Program-made: the position numbers and the translations under genes
Shown: piece after piece, positions 56,892 to 64,000 of the stretch
Numbering within the stretch: the first letter of the stretch is position 1
Layout of the letters: each line of letters begins with the position of its first letter
The notes under the pieces: model-generated
Told to the model about the DNA's origin: nothing
What the model saw: only the letters and a program-made list of their open reading frames with translations
Database searches by the model: none
NCBI GenBank assembly: GCA_038142325.1
Contig: JAYQJW010000002.1
Coordinates: 779,328 to 843,327, forward strand
DNA from: Gammaproteobacteria bacterium
GTDB lineage: Bacteria; Pseudomonadota; Gammaproteobacteria; GCA-002705445; GCA-002716945
Length of the DNA: 64,000 nucleotides
Direction: 5' to 3'

Positions 56892-57519
56892 ATTTGTTTA
56901 AGCAGTAAAAGATACTTAAAATTGATGCAACTGAAACTAAGCCAGGATGGTGGGCTGCTCCCATAAATAGAAGCATTGGAACGCTTAGTACAGTATTCGT
57001 TCTTGAAGCAAGTAATGCAGTTTTTTTAGCTTGAGCAATTTCATCTGCTGATGCATCAACAAGACCAAGAACCTTCTGTTGGTTAGGCCAAATTAATACC
57101 CATACATTGAACAACATTATTGTTCCTAGCCATGCGCCTGCTCCGATAACAGAGCTATAGCCACCAGCAAAAGTAAATGCATCAATAAACTGTCCATGAT
57201 GACCTAAGTATGCCGCTCCTGTAAGCCAAGTAACAACTGCTCCCCATCTAAACCAGAGTAATGCAAGAGGTGCTACATATTTTCCAATTGCAGCTGGTCC
57301 TGGCTCTTTATCAGCTGTAGCTTTTGCCATTGCCGGCACCTGAACAAAATTAAAATAATATAAAAGACCAATCCATGTTACACCAGAAAGATAATGTAAC
57401 CATCTGATATAGCCTTCAGCCTCTAGTGGAATAGTTCCATCGGCTAGAACCATTACAAGTACAATTGCTAGTACAAAACCAGAAATTATAGTACCTTTGA
57501 TTGATAATAAAGGATTCAT
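56890..57519 (-). CDS. membrane protein with a urate hydroxylase PuuD N-terminal-like domain (COG3748-like), no cytochrome c domain
   Basis: RWLH..SG..WIG..YYFNF, ALLWFRWGA, GTIMLFNVW..IWPNQ and SRTN motifs. Confidence 0.75.
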   Translation of the reverse strand: MNPLLSIKGTIISGFVLAIVLVMVLADGTIPLEAEGYIRWLHYLSGVTWIGLLYYFNFVQVPAMAKATADKEPGPAAIGKYVAPLALLWFRWGAVVTWLTGAAYLGHHGQFIDAFTFAGGYSSVIGAGAWLGTIMLFNVWVLIWPNQQKVLGLVDASADEIAQAKKTALLASRTNTVLSVPMLLFMGAAHHPGLVSVASILSIFYCLNK

Positions 57520-57600
57520 GTAAACCTCATTTGTTGATTTGAATTATGCTTATGATAAATGAAGATGAACATTTAATCTATAGGAGACATATCTAAAGTC

Positions 57601-59367
57601 ATGTGTGGCATTTGTGGAGAATTTAAATTTATCAGCGAAGATTTTGATTTGAGCAAACATGATAATCTTATGAATTCCATAGCAAGTCGAGGAAATGATT
57701 CAAAAGGTACATTTAAAGATAAAGATGTTTTTCTTGGTCACCATAGACTTGCAATAATTGATACAAGTGATAAATCTAATCAACCTATGCATATTGGTGA
57801 GCATATCATCGTCTTTAATGGAGTAATTTTTAATTATAAATCTTTGAGAAAAGAATTAATAAATAAAGGACATATTTTTAAATCATCCGGTGATACAGAA
57901 GTTTTACTAAGATCATATATTGAATATGGCAATGAGTGCGTGAAGCATTTAGATGGAGTCTTTGCATTCTGTATTTATGACTCTAAAAAGAAAACATTCT
58001 TCTTAGCGAGAGATAGAATTGGTATTAAACCTTTATACTATTCAAAACAAAACAGCGAATTCTATTTCTCATCACATATGAAAGGTATTATTCAAAATTT
58101 GAAAGCAAAAGAAATAAATCCTGTTGCATTGAATTATCAATTTACACTTCATTCTGTTGTTCCTGCTCCTCATACTATTATCAAAGATATTTATAAATTA
58201 GAACCCGGTCATACACTTTCAATAGATAGATCAGGGAAAATTTATAAAAGAAAATATTATGATATAAACGAAATTGGTTTAGCAAATTATAAAGATGAAG
58301 ACATTATGGATAGAATTTCAATTCTTATAGACTCAGCTGTAAAAAAAAGATTAAACGTAGCTGATGTTCCAGTTGGAGTTTTATTATCTGGCGGATTAGA
58401 TTCAAGTTTAATTACAGCGATTTCAAAAAAATATATAAATAATCTCTCTACATATTCAATTGGATTTAACACGATAGATGAGGAAGAAGGAAATGAATTT
58501 TTCTACTCAGATATTGTGTCAAAAGATTTAAATACTATTCATCAAAAATATCAAATTACAAATGATGAACTACTAACAAACCTTGATAATGTTATTGCAA
58601 ATATGAGTGAGCCAATGTTTAGTCAAGATTCCTCTGCTTTCTACTTATTAGCAAAAAATGTCTCACGATCATCAAAAGTTGTTATGAGTGGTCAAGGAGC
58701 TGATGAAGTTTTTGGAGGGTATTTTTGGTATAGAAAAATAATGGATGAAAAGAAATTAAATGAAATAGAAACATTATCCAAATATTATTTTGATAGAACT
58801 TTTGATAATTATAAAATTGCAATGAATCCGGATTTAGTCTCAAATAATTATGCATACAACGATATAAAATCTAGATTAGAGGAAATGGATTCTTCGCTTA
58901 GCATACTTGATAAAATTTTCAGACTAGAATTATCATTATTTATTATTGATGATCCTGTGAAAAGAGTAGATAACATGACTATGTCTCATGCCTTGGAGGC
59001 AAGAGTGCCATTTCTAGACATTGATTTAATTAATTTTATGCTTTCAATAAGCGCAAGCTTGAAAATTTCAAAAGGAGAAAAATATCTCTTAAAAGAAATT
59101 TCAAAAGGTTTTCTTGATGATAATATAATACTATCGTAAGAAATTTTATTTCCCGGTACCTCCTCTTAAGATAATTGAAGATAAATTCTTACATTACTGT
59201 CAAAAACACTCAACTCTGAACAATCAAATGAAAGAAGATTGTTTAATAAAAAGTATATAAACAGGCTATTAAGTGAGCCTAATAGTCACTTCACGAACCT
59301 GAACGGAAATGAATTGTGGCACTTTACCCTACTAGAAAGATGGTTACAACTAAATATTGAACAGTAG
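57601..59367 (+). CDS. class II glutamine amidotransferase, AsnB family, NAGGN amidotransferase (AsnO)-like (frameshift near 59130)
   Basis: N-terminal MCGICG, LSGGLDSS, SGQGADEVFGGY and DDPVKRVDNMTM..ALEARVPFLD motifs; shifted frame ends at 59367. Confidence 0.85.
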
Positions 59368-59408
59368 CATGACAAGTTATATAATTTTCACATTACATAG
59401 GAGTTAAT

Positions 59409-59723
59409 ATGTCAGCATTAGAAAGAATTAAGAAACAAGTAGAAGAGAGTCCAGTAATACTTTACATGAAAGGTACTCCTCAAATGCCTATGTGCGGTTT
59501 TTCTGCAAGGACTGTAGAAGCATTAAAGAGTTGTGGCAAAGAATTTGCATACGTTAATGTAATTCTAGATTCTGAAATAATGCAGGAGTTACCAAACTTT
59601 GCTGATTGGCCAACATTTCCACAATTATATATTAAAGGCGAACTCATAGGCGGATGCGATATTACTCTTGATCTTCATCAGTCAGGCGAATTACAAAAAA
59701 TGATTGATGAGGCTGTTGTTTAA
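59409..59723 (+). CDS. grxD: monothiol glutaredoxin Grx4
   Basis: MKGTP..PMCGFS, WPTFPQL and GGCD motifs; RBS AGGAG. Confidence 0.96.
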   Translation: MSALERIKKQVEESPVILYMKGTPQMPMCGFSARTVEALKSCGKEFAYVNVILDSEIMQELPNFADWPTFPQLYIKGELIGGCDITLDLHQSGELQKMIDEAVV

Positions 59724-60349
59724 GTAGAGGGCGTATTTATCGCGTGAATGATTCCCCAGTAATCAAACAAATTCACTTTTGAAATAGATTGTACGTTCAA
59801 TTTAGCATATGCATTGAACTCTGAAAAAGGAAAATAAGGTCTCCATCCTAAATATTTACTTACCGGCATGAGTCCTTTCTCAATCAGCTTCATTATCTTG
59901 CTATCTGTATCAAAGCTAAAGTGATTGACTAAATATATGTCACCATTAGGTTTGCAAACTCTTTTCATTTCCTTAATTAGTAAATCTGGATTTTGTGTGA
60001 CAGAAACAACATACATACCGACAACTTTATCAAATGAATGATCCTCAAACTTTAATTGCTCACCATTCATCATGAGCACATTTTTTTTTGATAAGTTTAG
60101 ATTTTTAATATTTTTTTTTGCTTTTTCAAGCATATCAGGTGAAATGTCTATACCGGTAACAAATGTCTCAGAGGGATAATATTTAAAAGATGTCCCTGTA
60201 CCTATACCTATTTCCAAAACCTTGTCATTTTTAGAACAATTCATCATACTGACGAGTTTTTTTTGACCGGGTCGGAATACTTGACCAAATGTATAATCAT
60301 AAAAACTCGATACTCGCTTATATGATTTTATTATAGACTTGTCATCCAA
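59720..60349 (-). CDS. pmtA: class I SAM methyltransferase, phosphatidylethanolamine N-methyltransferase-like
   Basis: Y.R.S.FYD.TFG.VF.PG N-terminus, VLEIGIGTG, RVCKPNG and VNHF, the pattern of Rhodobacter-type PmtA. Confidence 0.7.
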   Translation of the reverse strand: MDDKSIIKSYKRVSSFYDYTFGQVFRPGQKKLVSMMNCSKNDKVLEIGIGTGTSFKYYPSETFVTGIDISPDMLEKAKKNIKNLNLSKKNVLMMNGEQLKFEDHSFDKVVGMYVVSVTQNPDLLIKEMKRVCKPNGDIYLVNHFSFDTDSKIMKLIEKGLMPVSKYLGWRPYFPFSEFNAYAKLNVQSISKVNLFDYWGIIHAINTPST

Positions 60350-60392
60350 TATGATATCCTAGATGTGAATTAAGACATAATTATATCATTTT

Positions 60393-60908
60393 ATGAGTGG
60401 AATTATCAAAACTTTAGCTGATATTATGCTTTTTAAAAAAGGGCCTCAAGATCTACCCTCTAGTAAAGGGCTGTTAAATGTCTTTATACTTGCTAATATT
60501 TTAATTAGCTTCATACCAAATGATGTTAACTATAACCTTAGTGTGGCCGTGATTACATCTATAATTTATGTAGGAGCCAGTCTGTTTTTCATACAAACAA
60601 TTCTAAGTGTTAAAGAAAACATGTCCTCTTCAAATGGTTACAGAGTAAGATATGTTCAATCTGCAACATCCATATTAGGAATACATGCTGTTATTGGATT
60701 AGTGACAAGTATAATTTTTTTCTTGAGCAATAACTCCGAATCAATCATCTTTGTAATACTTTTAGCTACAGTCTATTCGTGGCTAATTTATGGATATATC
60801 TTTAAACAGACTCTTGATTGTACTACTTTCATGGGTCTATCAATATCATTTCTCTACAGCATGATTATTGGATTCATGTTAATTATAGTATTGTCTCTCC
60901 TTATATGA
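60393..60908 (+). CDS. conserved hypothetical membrane protein
   Basis: LFKKGPQDLPSS N-terminus and about 5 TM segments; overlaps mpl (ATGA). Confidence 0.7.
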   Translation: MSGIIKTLADIMLFKKGPQDLPSSKGLLNVFILANILISFIPNDVNYNLSVAVITSIIYVGASLFFIQTILSVKENMSSSNGYRVRYVQSATSILGIHAVIGLVTSIIFFLSNNSESIIFVILLATVYSWLIYGYIFKQTLDCTTFMGLSISFLYSMIIGFMLIIVLSLLI

Positions 60909-62224
60909 AAATTCATATTTTAGGTATCGCAGGTACATTTATGTCTGCTATTGCAATTCTAGCCAAAAAAAAAGGTCATGAAGTAACCGGTTCTGATACA
61001 TCTTGTTATGATCCGATGAAATCTATATTAGAAAAGAAAAATATCAAAGTTATCAATGGACATAAAATAAAAGATGTAAAGAATAAAGACTTGATAATAA
61101 TTGGTAATATCATGTCTCGCGGTAATTCTGTAATAGAATATGTTATGAAGAATAATATTAACTACACATCAGGGCCACAATGGTTGTATGACAACATTTT
61201 AAAAAACAAAATAGTTATAGCTGTAAGTGGTACACATGGGAAAACAACAACAACATCAATGATAGTACACATACTAAGGGAAAATAAATTGAATCCCAGT
61301 TATCTAATTGGAGGGTCACCAAAAGGTAAGCTGAGGTCGGTGATGTTAAATAAGTCAGATTATTTTGTTATAGAGGCTGATGAATATGATACTGCATTTT
61401 TTGATAAACGATCTAAATTTATCCACTATAAACCTAACATACTTGTTATAAATAATATTGAATATGATCATGCTGATATTTTTAATAACATAGATGAGAT
61501 TATAAAGTCGTTTCATCACATGGTGAGATTGTTACCCTCAAATGCCACAGCTATTATAAACAATAATGACAAAAACATTGAGAAATTACTGGATATGGGT
61601 TTTTGGTCAAGACTAGTGACATTTAATAATAAAAATGAACCAGCGAATTTTAATTTACTGAAAAAAACTGACTATATGCTAAAACATATAGGTAAAAATT
61701 ATGAACTCCCCAATAATTTAATTGGTGAACATAATCAGCTAAATGCAACAGCAGCTATCGCTGCATGCAAGCAATTATCAATTCCAATTTCTTCACAAAT
61801 TAAATCACTCTCAACTTTTCAAGGAGTCGCAAAGCGAACAGATTTCATAGGTGAAATTAATGGTGTAAGAATATTTGATGATTTTGCACATCATCCAACT
61901 GCTATTGAATCATCAATTAAAGCCATCAAAGAAAGATTTAGAAATAAAAAAATACTTACTGTGTTTATTCCAGGCTCAAATTCAATGCTGCTAGGCGCTC
62001 ATAATCACCATCTAATTTCATCACTAAATAAATCAAATAAAGTATTGATAATAAGTAAAATGAGTCAATTTAAAAAGTTAAAAGTGAATAACATTAAAAT
62101 AAGTGTTATTGAATCTGAAGCACATATAAGACATTATCTCAGTAGGCAAAAAGGCATAGATATTATCTTAATATTGTCTAATAAAAATACTACTAACATT
62201 ATAAATATCATTAAAAATGGATAA
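60905..62224 (+). CDS. mpl: murein peptide ligase
   Basis: IHILGIAGTFM, GTHGKTTT, EADEYDTAFFDKRSKF and DDFAHHPTAI motifs; start at ATG 60905. Confidence 0.95.
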   Translation: MKIHILGIAGTFMSAIAILAKKKGHEVTGSDTSCYDPMKSILEKKNIKVINGHKIKDVKNKDLIIIGNIMSRGNSVIEYVMKNNINYTSGPQWLYDNILKNKIVIAVSGTHGKTTTTSMIVHILRENKLNPSYLIGGSPKGKLRSVMLNKSDYFVIEADEYDTAFFDKRSKFIHYKPNILVINNIEYDHADIFNNIDEIIKSFHHMVRLLPSNATAIINNNDKNIEKLLDMGFWSRLVTFNNKNEPANFNLLKKTDYMLKHIGKNYELPNNLIGEHNQLNATAAIAACKQLSIPISSQIKSLSTFQGVAKRTDFIGEINGVRIFDDFAHHPTAIESSIKAIKERFRNKKILTVFIPGSNSMLLGAHNHHLISSLNKSNKVLIISKMSQFKKLKVNNIKISVIESEAHIRHYLSRQKGIDIILILSNKNTTNIINIIKNG

Positions 62225-62600
62225 ATTTAATCTCAAAGATAAGCTTACGGATGCACAATTTGAAATAACACAGAATAAAGGTACAGAAGCGCCTTTTTCC
62301 GGAGAATATCTCAATAATAAGGAAAATGGAATATATGCATGCGTTTGCTGTGGTAATAATTTATTTTCCTCTGATCATAAATTTGATTCTCATTCTGGCT
62401 GGCCTAGCTTTTTTGATGTCATGATTGCTGAGAATGTGAATCTAGTTGAAGATAATTCTCATGGAATGATAAGAACTGAAGTTACATGTAGTAAATGTGG
62501 TGCGCACCTTGGACATGTATTTGATGATGGACCCAAACCAACTAATTTAAGGTATTGTATAAACTCGCTATCATTGAGCTTTAAAAATGAAATTGTTTAA
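62217..62600 (+). CDS. msrB: peptide-methionine (R)-S-oxide reductase
   Basis: GTEAPFSG, two CxxC, GWPSF, HLGHVF and RYCINS motifs. Confidence 0.96.
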   Translation: MDKFNLKDKLTDAQFEITQNKGTEAPFSGEYLNNKENGIYACVCCGNNLFSSDHKFDSHSGWPSFFDVMIAENVNLVEDNSHGMIRTEVTCSKCGAHLGHVFDDGPKPTNLRYCINSLSLSFKNEIV

Positions 62601-63189
62601 AGACATCCCTATATTTCCATTAAAAAGTATTATTCTACCGGGCGGTCAATTTCCTTTGAGGATTTTTGAAAGAAGGTATCTTGATATGACAAGGAATTGT
62701 CTTAAGCATAATACAGGTTTTATTATTGCTCTTACTAAAAAAGATTCAGATTACATCACATCGGTCTATGATTATGCTAGCTATGTTGAAATTGTAGATT
62801 GGTCTCAACTTGATGGTGGTCTACTAGGAATTACTGTAGAGGGAAAAAATATCATCAAACTAGACAATTACAAACTTGATGAGGGTAATTTGTTAATAGG
62901 TAATGGCAAAGAGATAGAAACAGGTTTAGATTATTTGATACCGCAAAAATATCAAATTCTTTCTAAGTTTTATAAAAAAATTTACCCAGAAATTAAATCT
63001 TACATCTTCCATAATAAACCAAAATATAATGACGCAAATTGGATTGGTTTTAGATTAATAGAATGTCTACCTATACAATTAAATGATAAAGCAGATCTCA
63101 TCTCCATGTCGGAACCATTGGATAGATTAGAAAGAATATTACATATAATAAAAAGGATATATCCTAATGAGCTTAATTTACTCAACTAA
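62587..63189 (+). CDS. stand-alone Lon substrate-binding (N-terminal) domain protein
   Basis: IPIFPL..IILPGG.FPLRIFERRY motif. Confidence 0.88.
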   Translation: MKLFKDIPIFPLKSIILPGGQFPLRIFERRYLDMTRNCLKHNTGFIIALTKKDSDYITSVYDYASYVEIVDWSQLDGGLLGITVEGKNIIKLDNYKLDEGNLLIGNGKEIETGLDYLIPQKYQILSKFYKKIYPEIKSYIFHNKPKYNDANWIGFRLIECLPIQLNDKADLISMSEPLDRLERILHIIKRIYPNELNLLN

Positions 63190-64000
63190 TGAGTAGTTGC
63201 ACCAGTATCAGCTTGACTTACAAGTTTTGCATATTTCTTTAGAGCGCCACTTTCTGCATTAATAACTACTTTCTTTGAGGATTTCATTCTAGCTGACATA
63301 TCCTTTTTAGAAATTAGGAGATTAATTTCTTTTTTCTTTGCACATATCTCAATCAAATCACCATTTTTTACGATATGTAATGGGCCTCCAATAGCCGCTT
63401 CAGGTGAAATATGGCCAACAACAAAACCATGACTGCCCCCAGAAAATCTACCATCAGTTATAAGTGCTACATCATTGCCCAATCCTTTACCCATGATTGC
63501 AGACGTTGGGGACAACATCTCTCTCATACCTGGACCACCTACGGGTCCTTCGTTTTTGATAACAATTACAGTTCCCTTATTAATTTTCCCAGCAAGTATT
63601 GCTTTTAGGCACTTCTCCTCAGAATCATAAACTTTAGCTTTACCTGTAAATTGAGTTCCTTCTTTACCAGATATTTTTGCAATTGCTCCATTTGGAGCTA
63701 TATTACCGCGTAATACAATTAAGTGACCATCTTTCTTAATTGGATCTTTGATAGGTTTGATAATTTTTTGGTCGTTGGGGTAAGGTTTAATTTTCTTGAG
63801 ATTATTTTTAAGAGTTTTACCGGTTACCGTCATACAGTCACCATGCATGAGTCCTACATTTTTTAGAGTTTTCATTAAAGGAGCAACGCCACCTATTCTT
63901 ACAAGTTCAGCCATTGAGAATGTTCCACTAGGTTTAAGATCTGCCAGAACAGGAGTTTTTTTACCGATTCGCTCAAAATCTCTCAAAGATAATTTAATGT
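63186..64000 (-). CDS. ilvD: dihydroxy-acid dehydratase, C-terminal part (5' end outside the window)
   Basis: EGPVGGPGMREM and TDGRFSGGSHGFVVGHISPEA motifs. Confidence 0.96.
   Translation of the reverse strand, partial: IKLSLRDFERIGKKTPVLADLKPSGTFSMAELVRIGGVAPLMKTLKNVGLMHGDCMTVTGKTLKNNLKKIKPYPNDQKIIKPIKDPIKKDGHLIVLRGNIAPNGAIAKISGKEGTQFTGKAKVYDSEEKCLKAILAGKINKGTVIVIKNEGPVGGPGMREMLSPTSAIMGKGLGNDVALITDGRFSGGSHGFVVGHISPEAAIGGPLHIVKNGDLIEICAKKKEINLLISKKDMSARMKSSKKVVINAESGALKKYAKLVSQADTGATTH

Overview
AT-rich (roughly 30% GC by eye), very gene-dense core-genome segment, most likely from a streamlined free-living gammaproteobacterium (inferred from gene order and protein sequences). In order it holds truB(partial)-rbfA-infB-nusA-rimP-tRNA-fMet, a 14-subunit nuoA-N operon, tRNA-Leu-secG-tpiA-glmM-folP-ftsH-rlmE, carAB, rsmI, sspA-petABC, degS, hisD-aroG-hisG-murA, an envelope/PTS block (MMPL, mlaC, mlaA, yrbG, kdsD, kdsC, lptC, lptB, rpoN, ptsN, EIIA-Man, HPr, EI), argDF, a porin, asnO-like, grxD, pmtA, mpl, msrB and ilvD(partial). 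About 20 single-base indels or in-frame stops fall in essential genes, many in homopolymers; I read these as uncorrected long-read errors. No CRISPR array, IS or integrase was seen. The main signals are: (1) the mlaFEDB ABC genes are missing from the usual mla locus, and an MMPL/RND transporter sits there with MlaC and a Cys-less MlaA; (2) lptA is missing and LptC carries an LptA-like C-terminal extension, possibly a natural LptC-LptA chimera; (3) a phage-type PD-(D/E)XK exonuclease is embedded between ftsH and folP behind an RBS-occluding hairpin; (4) a carA leader has an attenuator-like layout; (5) several promoters look leaderless or bidirectional. All family assignments come from motif recognition, not database searches.
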